Source of the DNA: Sphingomonas paucimobilis | GTDB taxonomy: Bacteria > Pseudomonadota > Alphaproteobacteria > Sphingomonadales > Sphingomonadaceae | Length of the DNA: 64,000 nucleotides | Reading direction: 5' to 3' | Assembly (NCBI GenBank): GCA_943370355.1 | Contig: CALRQP020000008.1 | Coordinates: forward strand, 53,222-117,221 | Shown here: positions 16,755-25,255 of the stretch, in pieces | How positions within the stretch are numbered: position 1 is the stretch's first letter | How the letters are laid out: each line of letters opens with the position of its first letter | Notes under the pieces: generated by a model | What the model was told of the DNA's origin: nothing | The model's database searches: none | The model's input: the letters and a program-made list of their open reading frames with translations, nothing else | Position numbers and translations under genes: made by a program

Positions 16755-18014
16755 ATGGGACCAAGCGTCCGCACCGCGCAACGCTGGACAGCGGCTTTGC
16801 TGCTGGGAGTTGGCGTTCTGGGCCTGTCCGCCTGTACCGCGCCAAAGCGAGTCGCGCCCCGCGTCGAAGCTGCGCCGCCGCCCGTCGTCACCGCGCCGCC
16901 GCCCGTCGTGTTGCCGCCATCGCCCTCGCAACATAAGGTCGCGCTACTCGTGCCGATGACAGGCGAAAACGCGGCGGTTGGCCAGTCGATCGCCAATGCC
17001 GCCAACATGGCGCTGCTGGATTCGGGCAATGCGAGCGTCAAGCTGACCGTCTACGACACCGCACCCGGCGCGGCGCAGGCTGCCAGCCGCGCGCTTGCCG
17101 ACGGTTCGAGCGTGTTTCTCGGACCACTGCTCGCCCCCGACGTGCGCGCCGCCGCGCCGCTCGCTGCAGCGCGCGGGGTGCCAGTGATCAGCTTCTCCAA
17201 CGATGCGACACTCGCCCCCACCGCCTATGTCATGGGCTTCCAGCCCGGCGAGTCGATCGGCCGCGTCGTTGCCTTTGCGCGCTCCAAGGGCGTCGAACGC
17301 TTCGCAGCGCTGATCCCCGCCGGGGCTTACGGCCAACGCGTGTCCTCGGCGTTCGTGAAGGCTGTGCAGGCATCGGGCGGCAAGGTCGCCGCGATGGAAA
17401 CCTTCGTCCGCGATCGGAAGAAGCTGCTCGTCTCGGCGCGGCGGATCACTGACTATGAAACACGCGTCGCGAAGACGGCGCAGGCCGGCATGGTCCGTCA
17501 GGACGGCACCATCGCACCCGTCGCCAACCGGCTCGCACCTGTCCCGTTCCAGGCGCTGCTCATCGCCGACTCGGGCAATGTCGCCGCCGCCTTCCTGCCG
17601 GCACTGACGCAGTATGGTGCCGGCAACGCGAACGTCCGCCTCCTCGGCCCCGAACTGTGGAACAGCGAACCCGGTCTGGCGCGGATCCCGGCCATGAAGG
17701 GGGCCTGGTTCGCCAGCGTTCCGGATGGACGCTTCGCGCAGTTGTCGACCCGCTATCGCACCCGCTTCGGCGGCGCGCCAAGCCGCCTCGCCAGCCTCGG
17801 ATATGATGCGGTGCTGCTCGTCAACAGCGTCGGCACCCGCTGGACGGTCGGCGACCCCTTCCCGCGTCGCGCGCTTGACGATCCCGACGGCTTTGCCGGC
17901 ATCGACGGCATCTTCCGCTTCAAGGGCGGCGTCGCCGAACGCGGCCTCGAGGTGCAACAAATCGGACCGGGCGGCTTCCTGACCGTCTCGAACGCGCCCA
18001 GGGCCTTCCGCTAA
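16755..18014 (+). CDS. LpoA-like penicillin-binding-protein activator lipoprotein (type 1 periplasmic binding fold)
   Basis: 419 aa from ATG 16755 within ORF 15765..18014. It has a lipobox (LGLSAC), a Pro-rich linker and an LIVBP-like domain. It is divergent from rsmI, as lpoA is in enterobacteria. Confidence 0.8.
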   Translation: MGPSVRTAQRWTAALLLGVGVLGLSACTAPKRVAPRVEAAPPPVVTAPPPVVLPPSPSQHKVALLVPMTGENAAVGQSIANAANMALLDSGNASVKLTVYDTAPGAAQAASRALADGSSVFLGPLLAPDVRAAAPLAAARGVPVISFSNDATLAPTAYVMGFQPGESIGRVVAFARSKGVERFAALIPAGAYGQRVSSAFVKAVQASGGKVAAMETFVRDRKKLLVSARRITDYETRVAKTAQAGMVRQDGTIAPVANRLAPVPFQALLIADSGNVAAAFLPALTQYGAGNANVRLLGPELWNSEPGLARIPAMKGAWFASVPDGRFAQLSTRYRTRFGGAPSRLASLGYDAVLLVNSVGTRWTVGDPFPRRALDDPDGFAGIDGIFRFKGGVAERGLEVQQIGPGGFLTVSNAPRAFR

Positions 18015-18024
18015 CGGCGACTCG

Positions 18025-18936
18025 CTAGTGCGAGCCTCCTTCGGCTGCGGGAGGCGGAAAGCTGCCGACCCGCTCAGGATAGCGCGGACCCGAAGCAGAC
18101 GCCGGCACGTCCACGCTCGCGAATTCTCGACTATCGGCAGCGTCCAAGTAGCTGCGCGCCAGCCGGGCAACATCGGCCGTGTGCTGCGCGATAAATCCAT
18201 GTCCCCAACCGGGCACTTCGAGGATTATCGAGCGAGCCGCCACGCCGTTCGCCCGCCGCGTCTGCTGATCGAGGTCGTCGCCGGTGTTGAGGATCAGAAC
18301 CGGCTGCGTGATCTCCGCAAGGTCTGCCGCAAGGTCATAGTTGAACGCAGCATGGTGCCCCCACCATTCGATATTGCCTGCCAGCAAGGCATCCCGGAAG
18401 GCGTCGTTGACCTCCGACAGCGACACACCAGGCCGCAAATGGTGATAAACGAACCCCATCCACCGCCGCAGGACATGGCTGCCATCCGCCTCCGGTTCGC
18501 GGTGCCGGTAATGTTCACGAAACTCCCGCCGCTCGTCATCCGGAAAGATCGGTGCCGACACCATCAACAGCCGACGCACCCGCTCTGACGCTAGCTGCGC
18601 GATGGCGACCGCTATCATCGATCCGGTATGATAGCCCATCAGGTCGATGGGCCCCGCAATCCCCAAAGTGCCAAGACCGGCCAGCAGGTCTCTCGCATAA
18701 TCCGCGATCGCTGGCGGTCCGGACGGCGGGTCGGACATGCCAAAGCCGGGCGTATCGAAGGCGACCGCAATCCGGTCCTCCCCCATCTCGGCCAGCAAGG
18801 GCTCGAAAATGCGGCCAGTCATCGGACTCATGTGAATGCACATGAGCGGCGTTGCGATCGGTGTCTGCGGCCGCGCAATGCGCACATGCATCTGCCCGTG
18901 CGGACCATCGACATAGCTGCGAATCACCTGGGTCAT
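18025..18936 (-). CDS. alpha/beta hydrolase fold protein
   Basis: ORF 18025..19077. Blocks FDTPGFGMSD and MGYHTGSMIAV, with a C-terminal GWGHGF region. ATG 18936 is preferred and 19077 is possible. The catalytic nucleophile is not obvious. Confidence 0.75.
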   Translation of the reverse strand: MTQVIRSYVDGPHGQMHVRIARPQTPIATPLMCIHMSPMTGRIFEPLLAEMGEDRIAVAFDTPGFGMSDPPSGPPAIADYARDLLAGLGTLGIAGPIDLMGYHTGSMIAVAIAQLASERVRRLLMVSAPIFPDDERREFREHYRHREPEADGSHVLRRWMGFVYHHLRPGVSLSEVNDAFRDALLAGNIEWWGHHAAFNYDLAADLAEITQPVLILNTGDDLDQQTRRANGVAARSIILEVPGWGHGFIAQHTADVARLARSYLDAADSREFASVDVPASASGPRYPERVGSFPPPAAEGGSH

Positions 18937-19154
18937 ACCGGCAGCATGGCACGTGCAGGTCCAATCCTCGCCGCGCACTTCGAATCTGTCCACGAAATGG
19001 CCAACCGATCCGGTGACTAGCGAACGAATGGCCGCGGCTTGGTAGGATTTGCGCCATGAGTTGGCGGATTTCACCACAGTCGGCGAAACGTGCTCGGCAC
19101 CGAGTCCAACATTTATCCCTAAAATTGAAGGGTCTTAGGCCTGCGAATGTAAAT

Positions 19155-19169
19155 TGGCACGGCCCTTGC
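19155..19169 (+). promoter_or_regulatory. sigma54 (RpoN) -24/-12 promoter
   Basis: TGGCAC-GGCCC-TTGC matches TGGCAC-N5-TTGC exactly. It is intergenic, in an AT-rich context, 56 nt upstream of the mini-ORF ATG and correctly oriented. Confidence 0.5.
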
Positions 19170-19224
19170 GATTGTATCGGCATAGGACGGATGGTCCGCC
19201 CGAAAACGCAAAGGAAACCAAGTC

Positions 19225-19341
19225 ATGTTCTCGACCTCCAGCTTCAGCCGCAACCTCGTCGCCGCTTTCGGTTCGTTCGTGATCGCAGCGACCTGCCTGC
19301 TTGCCGCAACCGCTCCGGCGATGACCAACCTCGTCGCCTGA
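19225..19341 (+). CDS. 38-aa hydrophobic mini-protein (not in the ORF track, which starts at 60 aa)
   Basis: ATG 19225 is preceded by AAGGAAA about 8 nt upstream. Translation: MFSTSSFSRNLVAAFGSFVIAATCLLAATAPAMTNLVA, stop TGA 19339..19341. One predicted TM helix. Confidence 0.35.
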   Translation: MFSTSSFSRNLVAAFGSFVIAATCLLAATAPAMTNLVA

Positions 19342-19373
19342 ACGCGCCACATCCTCCTTCAAGGACAACGACA

Positions 19374-19580
19374 ATGACCGACCGCACCTTCCGCCTCGAC
19401 AAGCGCTCCGCCAAGATCCTCGGCGTCTGCGCCGGGATCGCCAATTACACCGGCGTCGACGTGCTCTGGGTCCGTGCTGCGGCTGTCCTCGCCACGCTGC
19501 TTGGCTCGGGCTTTCCCGCCCTTGCCTATATCGTGATCGCCCTGCTCGCTGAAGCCGAGGGCCAGCCGCTCGCCGACTGA
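19374..19580 (+). CDS. PspC-domain membrane protein
   Basis: 68 aa from ATG 19374 within ORF 19056..19580. LDKRSAKILGVCAGIANYTGVDVLWVRAAAVL is a typical PspC domain. Confidence 0.8.
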   Translation: MTDRTFRLDKRSAKILGVCAGIANYTGVDVLWVRAAAVLATLLGSGFPALAYIVIALLAEAEGQPLAD

Positions 19581-19590
19581 GCGGCGGCCC

Positions 19591-20733
19591 CTATGATCTG
19601 AGCAGCTTCGGCAGGATCGCATTCAGGAGCGGCAGGCCCCGCGCGGTAACGCGTAAGCCTGCCGCGCTTCGTTCGATCAGGCCGACGCCCGCCAGATGCG
19701 CCGCCGCTGCCTCATCGATGAGGTCGGCCAGCGCCACTCCCGTCCGGCGCTCGAACAGATCGCCATCGATCCCAGCCGTGAGCCGCAATCCCATCAGCAA
19801 CGCCTCGTCCGCCCGAGTAGCGCTATCCAGCTTGGTCTCGGTGTCGATGCCGTGGCGGCCCGCCGCAACCGCGTCCAGCCAGCCCTCCGGCTTCATCTGG
19901 CGCACTGTTGCCACACCCGCACGCCGTCCATGTGCACCCGGCCCAACACCGACATAATCGCCGTATGTCCAATAGCGCAGATTGTGCCGGCTCTCGCTGC
20001 CCGGTCGCGCGTGGTTGGAAATCTCATAGGCTGGCAATCCCGCTGCAGCGGTCATCGCCTGCGTCAGCTCCCACAGGTCGGCGGCGAGGTCCTCGCCGGG
20101 TATGACGAGGTCTCCAGACGCATGCAGTGTAGCGAACCGCGTCTTCGGTTCGATCGTGAGCTGATAGAGCGAGAGGTGATCCGTCCCGAACTTCAAAGCC
20201 CGCGACAGCTCGGCTTCCCAGCCGCTGAGTGTCTGCCCCTCACGCGCATAGATGAGATCGAAGCTGACCCGGTCGAAGATCGATTGCGCGACGTCGAGCG
20301 CGGCGAGACCCATAGCGACGTCGTGCGGACGGCCGAGCCGTTTCAACGCCGCATCGTCCAGTGCCTGCAGGCCGAGCGAAACGCGATTCACCCCGGCGGC
20401 GGCGAACCCCGCGAATCGTGATGATTCCACGCTTGAAGGATTGGCCTCCAGCGTGATTTCGAGACCCGGTTCGACGGGCCACAACCGAGCCACTTCGTCG
20501 ATGACCGCGCCGGTCGTTGCTGGGTCCATCAACGACGGCGTGCCGCCACCGAAAAATATGCTGGTGACCCGGTGATCGGGCGTAACGCTCGCCTCATGCC
20601 GCAAGTCGGCGAGCAACGCCTCGCGCCAGCCCGTCTCGCCGATCTTCGCACGGACATGGCTGTTGAAGTCGCAATAGGGGCATTTGGTGACGCAGAACGG
20701 CCAGTGCACATAGACAGCGAGCGGTTCGCGCAC
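19591..20733 (-). CDS. hemW: radical SAM heme chaperone HemW (HemN-like)
   Basis: ORF 19591..20928. Radical SAM motif WPFCVTKCPYCDF. A GTG at 20733 lies one nt after the rdgB stop and gives 380 aa. Confidence 0.85.
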   Translation of the reverse strand: MREPLAVYVHWPFCVTKCPYCDFNSHVRAKIGETGWREALLADLRHEASVTPDHRVTSIFFGGGTPSLMDPATTGAVIDEVARLWPVEPGLEITLEANPSSVESSRFAGFAAAGVNRVSLGLQALDDAALKRLGRPHDVAMGLAALDVAQSIFDRVSFDLIYAREGQTLSGWEAELSRALKFGTDHLSLYQLTIEPKTRFATLHASGDLVIPGEDLAADLWELTQAMTAAAGLPAYEISNHARPGSESRHNLRYWTYGDYVGVGPGAHGRRAGVATVRQMKPEGWLDAVAAGRHGIDTETKLDSATRADEALLMGLRLTAGIDGDLFERRTGVALADLIDEAAAAHLAGVGLIERSAAGLRVTARGLPLLNAILPKLLRS

Positions 20734-20734
20734 C

Positions 20735-21337
20735 TCAGAAACTGACAGCGACCAGCTTCGCGAAGGCCAAGGCCCGGTGGCTGATCGCATGCTTTTTGTC
20801 GGGGTCCATCTCGCCAAAGGTCTGGTCGTAACCCACCGGCATGAACACCGGATCATAGCCGAAGCCCCGGTCGCCACGCGGTGGCCAGACCAGCGTCCCG
20901 GCAACGCGCCCCTCGAACACATCGGCATGCCCGTCGGGCCAAGTTAGCGCCAGCGTGCAGACGAACTGCGCATCCCGCACGGCACCCTCGGGCAGCGCCG
21001 CCTCGACCTTGTGCATCGCCATCATCCAGTCGCGCGCGCCGTCGGGCCGCTCCGCCCAATTGGCAGTATAAACCCCCGGCTGCCCACCGAGCGCCGCGAC
21101 TTCCAGCCCGCTGTCGTCGCTGAGCGCCACCATGCCCGACGCGCGCGACGCCGCATGCGCTTTCAACAGCGCATTCCCCGCGAAACTGTCCTCGGTTTCC
21201 TCGGGCTCAGGCAAGCCGAGTTCGCCCGCCGCAACGGGTTCCATGCCATAGGGTCCGAGCAACGCCGCGATCTCGCGCACCTTGCCGTGATTATGGGTCG
21301 CCAGGACCAGCGGCCCGGGCATCAGCCTGCGGCTCAC
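20735..21337 (-). CDS. rdgB: dITP/XTP pyrophosphatase (RdgB/HAM1)
   Basis: 200 aa with [14 protein letters not shown] and FGYDPVF blocks. Confidence 0.9.
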   Translation of the reverse strand: MSRRLMPGPLVLATHNHGKVREIAALLGPYGMEPVAAGELGLPEPEETEDSFAGNALLKAHAASRASGMVALSDDSGLEVAALGGQPGVYTANWAERPDGARDWMMAMHKVEAALPEGAVRDAQFVCTLALTWPDGHADVFEGRVAGTLVWPPRGDRGFGYDPVFMPVGYDQTFGEMDPDKKHAISHRALAFAKLVAVSF

Positions 21338-22050
21338 CGCCCGGCAGCCGCCGCCTGCGCTGCGAAAATGTTGTCGCAGCCGATGCGGGCGAGGCGAAGC
21401 ATCCGGAGCAGGCCTTCCTCGTCATAGGGCGCCCCCTCGGCGGTCGCCTGTACCTCGACGATGCCGCCGCCTTCGATAAGCACGAAATTGGCGTCGGTCT
21501 CGGCCGAGGAATCCTCAGGATAGTCGAGGTCGAGCACCGCCGTCCCCTCGTAGAAACCGCACGAAACCGCCGCGACCCGGCTCTTGATCGGATCGACCTT
21601 CAGGTCATTTTTCTTCATGATCCCGTCGACCGCCATGCGCAGCGCCACCCAAGCGCCGGAAATGGCAGCGGTGCGCGTGCCGCCGTCAGCCTGGATCACG
21701 TCGCAATCGAGCGTGATCTGGCGCTCGCCGAGCAGCTTGAGATCAGTAACGGCGCGAAGCGACCGGCCGATCAGCCGCTGGATTTCCTGGGTGCGGCCCG
21801 ACTGCTTGCCCTTGGCTGCCTCGCGCTGTCCACGCGTGTGGGTGGCTCGCGGCAGCATGCCATATTCAGCCGTCACCCAGCCCTGCCCCTTCCCGCGTAG
21901 CCACGGCGGCAGCCGTTCTTCGACCGACGCGGTGACGAGCACATGCGTATCGCCGAATTTGACGAGGCACGAGCCCTCGGCATGGCGCGAAAATCCCGCG
22001 ATCATTTCGATGGCACGCATTTCGTCGGGGGCGCGACCGCTGGGGCGCAT
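21334..22050 (-). CDS. rph: ribonuclease PH
   Basis: ORF 21334..22107, ATG at 22050. Blocks: [39 protein letters not shown]. Confidence 0.95.
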   Translation of the reverse strand: MRPSGRAPDEMRAIEMIAGFSRHAEGSCLVKFGDTHVLVTASVEERLPPWLRGKGQGWVTAEYGMLPRATHTRGQREAAKGKQSGRTQEIQRLIGRSLRAVTDLKLLGERQITLDCDVIQADGGTRTAAISGAWVALRMAVDGIMKKNDLKVDPIKSRVAAVSCGFYEGTAVLDLDYPEDSSAETDANFVLIEGGGIVEVQATAEGAPYDEEGLLRMLRLARIGCDNIFAAQAAAAGR

Positions 22051-22094
22051 GGCTTGTCTCCTGATACCGGGTTGGCGGCGTGTAGGTCGCACCC

Positions 22095-22123
22095 GTTGAG
22101 CGCGCAAGTCCGAGCGCCTACAT
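22095..22123 (+). promoter_or_regulatory. RpoH (sigma32)-type promoter candidate for hrcA-grpE
   Basis: GTTGAG-N17-CTACAT has the same -10 and spacing as the dnaK and clpB candidates. It is only 12 nt from the hrcA ATG, which would imply a near-leaderless mRNA. Confidence 0.35.
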
Positions 22124-22134
22124 TGGCGTCGCCC

Positions 22135-23181
22135 ATGTCCGGACCCAGCATCACCGAACTGAACGACCGCGCGCGCGACATCTTTCGCACGATCGTCGAA
22201 TCCTATCTGGCGAGCGGCTCGCCGGTCGGGTCGCGCACACTGTCCAAACTCGGTGCGCTTGGCCTGTCACCGGCCTCGATCCGCAACGTCATGCAGGATC
22301 TGGAGGAACTCGGGCTGCTCGCCAGCCCTCATGTCTCGGCAGGACGCATCCCGACCGACATCGGCCTCCGCCTTTTCGTCGATGGCATGATGCAGACCTC
22401 GGCACCGTCGGTCGAAGACCGCGCCGCCATCGAAGGCCAGATGCGCGGACAGGGTGGCTCGATCGAAGACATCATGGGTCGCGCAACCGCGGCACTGTCA
22501 GGCCTCAGCGCCTGCGCCGCCGTCGTGATGGCCCCAAAACGCGAGCTCGTGCTGCGCCAGCTGTCCTTCGTGCCTATGGGTCCGGACCGCGCGCTCGCTG
22601 TGCTCGTCGGCGATGACGGCACCGTCGAGAACCGCGCCATCGACCTGCCGCCGGGATTGCCGTCATCCGCGCTGATCCAGGCAGCGAATTACATCAATGC
22701 GCGCCTCGCGGGGCTCACCCTCGCCCAGGCGGCCGCCCGCCTCGCGCAGGAGATGGCGGCGGACCGGGCCGCGCTCGACGAGGCTGCGCAGGACGTCGTC
22801 GCAAAAGGCTTGGCGCTCTGGTCGTCGGACGGCCTATCGCGCCCGGTGCTGATCGTCCGCGGCAGTTCGCATCTGCTCGACGATCGGGCTGCCGCCGACA
22901 TCGAACGGGTTCGCTCATTGCTGGCCGATCTTGACGGCAAGGAGGATCTGGCGCGTGTCCTCGACTTGGCGCGCGATGGTCAGGGCATGAAGATTTTCAT
23001 CGGGTCGGAGAACAAGCTGTTCTCTTTGTCCGGCTCGAGCGTTATCGCGGCGCCGTACCGCGCGGCGGGCGATCGCATCGTTGGCGTCGTCGGCGTCATC
23101 GGCCCGACGCGGTTGAACTACGCGCGGGTCGTTCCCATGGTGGACTATACCGCACAGGCATTGAGCAGGTTGATTGCATGA
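22135..23181 (+). CDS. hrcA: heat-inducible transcription repressor HrcA
   Basis: 348 aa from ATG 22135 within ORF 21943..23181. N-terminal wHTH: [29 protein letters not shown]. Confidence 0.95.
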   Translation: MSGPSITELNDRARDIFRTIVESYLASGSPVGSRTLSKLGALGLSPASIRNVMQDLEELGLLASPHVSAGRIPTDIGLRLFVDGMMQTSAPSVEDRAAIEGQMRGQGGSIEDIMGRATAALSGLSACAAVVMAPKRELVLRQLSFVPMGPDRALAVLVGDDGTVENRAIDLPPGLPSSALIQAANYINARLAGLTLAQAAARLAQEMAADRAALDEAAQDVVAKGLALWSSDGLSRPVLIVRGSSHLLDDRAAADIERVRSLLADLDGKEDLARVLDLARDGQGMKIFIGSENKLFSLSGSSVIAAPYRAAGDRIVGVVGVIGPTRLNYARVVPMVDYTAQALSRLIA

Positions 23182-23723
23182 CTGACGAGACAGTGAATAC
23201 GCCCGAGGACGAAGACATCGGCGCGGCAGCTCCCGATTTCGAGGCGCTGTTGGCCGCCAAGGACGCCGAGATTGCCGAACTGAAGGACCGCATGCTGCGT
23301 GCCGCCGCCGAAGCTGAGAACAGCCGCCGCCGGCTCGAGCGCGACAAGGCCGACGCGGTTGCCTATGCGACGACCGGCTTTGCCCGAGACCTGCTCGGTG
23401 TCGCAGACAATCTGCGCCGCGCGGTCGATTCGATTCCTGCCGCCGCGCGCGAGGATGAGGCGGTGAAGGGCATCGTGACCGGCGTCGAGATGACCGAAAA
23501 GGAACTGCAATCGGTGCTTGGCCGCCATGGCGTTTCGCGGGTTGAGGCCGTCGGGCAGAAGCTCGACCCCAACCGCCACCAGGCGATGATCGAAGTCGAG
23601 CACGACCATGAGCCGGGCACGATCATCCAGGAACTTCAGGCCGGCTATGTGATCAAGGACCGGCTGCTGCGACCGGCGCTGGTCAGCGTTGCCAAGGCGA
23701 AGAGCGGCGACGCTGCCGCCTGA
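23178..23723 (+). CDS. grpE: nucleotide exchange factor GrpE
   Basis: 181 aa with coiled-coil and C-terminal beta domains (FDPNRHQAM, GYVIKDRLLRPALV). The start overlaps the hrcA stop. Confidence 0.95.
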   Translation: MTDETVNTPEDEDIGAAAPDFEALLAAKDAEIAELKDRMLRAAAEAENSRRRLERDKADAVAYATTGFARDLLGVADNLRRAVDSIPAAAREDEAVKGIVTGVEMTEKELQSVLGRHGVSRVEAVGQKLDPNRHQAMIEVEHDHEPGTIIQELQAGYVIKDRLLRPALVSVAKAKSGDAAA

Positions 23724-23745
23724 CGCGCGAAGTGGGGAACACGCC

Positions 23746-24048
23746 ATGTTGATCGTCATTGCCCGCGCCGAAGTCGATCCGGCCCGCATCGCCGAACTCC
23801 AGCCCGCGCTCGATGCGATGATGCGCGCGACCTGGGACGAGTCCGGCTGCCTCAGCTACTCGATGGCGGTGGAGAGCGCGTCCGAAGGCATCGTTACCAT
23901 CGTCGAGCGCTGGTCCGACGAGGCTTCGCTCAAGGCGCATTTCAAGCAACCGCACATGATGGCGTTCAATAAAGCCATCCAAGGCGCGGTACGCTCGATC
24001 GACGTCAAGCTTTACGACGCGATCAACGAACGGTCGCTGCCCGTCTGA
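23746..24048 (+). CDS. antibiotic-biosynthesis-monooxygenase (ABM) domain protein
   Basis: 100 aa from ATG 23746. A ferredoxin-like ABM pattern (MLIVIARAEV...CLSYSM...IVERWSDEASLKAHF). Confidence 0.8.
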   Translation: MLIVIARAEVDPARIAELQPALDAMMRATWDESGCLSYSMAVESASEGIVTIVERWSDEASLKAHFKQPHMMAFNKAIQGAVRSIDVKLYDAINERSLPV

Positions 24049-24055
24049 TTTGAGC

Positions 24056-24541
24056 TCAGGCGGCCGCGCCGGCAGCCCATGTACCGAATGGAATGATCGC
24101 CGCGAGCGCGGCATCGCAGAACCCGGTTTCGCGCGCGACATAGGCATGCTGCACGATCATCGCCTGCTGCTCGATGCCGTAGCGGCGAAACGGCTTGCCG
24201 GGTTTGAGCGCATAGCGATAGCGCGCGAACGGCGGGCGGCGCAGCGGCAGATACAGCCCCTGCTGGCACTGCCACACATGCACGAGTTCGTGGACGACGA
24301 GTGCCCGAAGCCCAAGCGTCGATTTGGTGTAATCATCACGCCAGTGCGGACTGTCCGGATGGAACCAAATGTTTCCGTCGGGGGCCATGACAACCGTCGC
24401 GGGCTGTAGCGGCCAATATTTGGCGCGTCGAAAGCGCAGCGGCGCGGAATCGAGCGAAGCGCCGAACACCGAATGGATCAGATCAACTTCGCCTGCGGTC
24501 GGCGGGCGAGAGGGTTTAGCCGTGCGTGTTGTCCATCGCAT
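24056..24541 (-). CDS. small HExxH protein with DUF4157-like topology (the type often annotated vgr-related protein)
   Basis: 161 aa. FGASLDSAPLRFRR...DGNIWFHP...LVVHELVHVWQCQQG parallels the DUF4157 layout FG-x-D...HExxHVxQ. Its 5' end overlaps the PCu(A)C 3' end by 26 nt. Confidence 0.65.
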   Translation of the reverse strand: MRWTTRTAKPSRPPTAGEVDLIHSVFGASLDSAPLRFRRAKYWPLQPATVVMAPDGNIWFHPDSPHWRDDYTKSTLGLRALVVHELVHVWQCQQGLYLPLRRPPFARYRYALKPGKPFRRYGIEQQAMIVQHAYVARETGFCDAALAAIIPFGTWAAGAAA

Positions 24542-25013
24542 CGCTGGCTGAACGCGCGGTTGCCAAGATCTGGACCGGACCGGCCTTGGCGAAATGGAAG
24601 GTCAGCGGCACCGCTGTGCCGGGCTTCGTCGCTACAGGCAGGCCGTAAATCATCAAATGCTTGCCGCCGGGCGCAAAGGCGACCTGTGTATTGGCGCGCA
24701 CGTCGACGGCCTTCAGCGCGCTCATCGACATCGCGCCGTGCATCGTTATCGTCTCGTGCAGCTCGACGCGGGTGCCCGCCGGGCCCGAGATACGCTCCAG
24801 CCGATCATCAGCCGCGCCACCTTCGAGGTGGAAATAACCGGCGGCCGGCCGGCCGGGCACCGGGGCCAGTCGCACGATCGCGTTGCTGACCTGCACCTGC
24901 TCGATGCCCCTCGAATGGGCGAGCCGCCCCGTCAGGAGGGCCAGCCCGAGCATAAGCAAAGCAATGATGATGGCGGCGGTGCCGAAGCGCCGGGCGCCGA
25001 TTCGCGTGTCCAT
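24516..25013 (-). CDS. periplasmic copper chaperone PCu(A)C (DUF461)
   Basis: 165 aa with a signal anchor and a His/Met copper motif region (VELHETITMHGAMSMSAL). Confidence 0.85.
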   Translation of the reverse strand: MDTRIGARRFGTAAIIIALLMLGLALLTGRLAHSRGIEQVQVSNAIVRLAPVPGRPAAGYFHLEGGAADDRLERISGPAGTRVELHETITMHGAMSMSALKAVDVRANTQVAFAPGGKHLMIYGLPVATKPGTAVPLTFHFAKAGPVQILATARSASDAMDNTHG

Positions 25014-25135
25014 AAACTTCCTAACGTCGGGCAGCGGAGATAAACCCGGCCTAGCGGCAAGTCGACCACCCTGCGGCGACCTGTCGCTTGTCCCATGTGC
25101 GGAACGATTGAGTCGTACTGGAATCGCCGCAAAGT

Positions 25136-25164
25136 CTTGCGACGCCCGTGCGGCCTTCCTACAT
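25136..25164 (+). promoter_or_regulatory. RpoH (sigma32)-type promoter candidate for dnaK
   Basis: CTTGCG-N17-CTACAT, 91 nt upstream of the dnaK ATG. It fits the alphaproteobacterial CTTG-N17/18-CYTAT-like consensus. Confidence 0.5.
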
Positions 25165-25255
25165 CGCCAACGCAGCCCGGATGCCGTGCTTGCCTTGCGA
25201 GGCGGCGGCGGGCTTGGAGACTAGTTCGGTTCCAGATTTTTCGGAGAGCACAGGA

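Noticed and set aside
16872-16909. Tandem 17-nt exact repeat with 21-nt period (GCGCCGCCGCCCGTCGT twice).
   Set aside because: It is in frame inside the lpoA-like gene and encodes the duplicated Pro-rich linker APPPVVT/APPPVVL. At most it is a length-polymorphic linker, not a regulatory repeat.
22050-25255. CIRCE operator expected for HrcA.
   Set aside because: I found no TTAGCACTC-N9-GAGTGCTAA-like inverted repeat upstream of hrcA, dnaK or clpB. It is probably located at groES outside this window.
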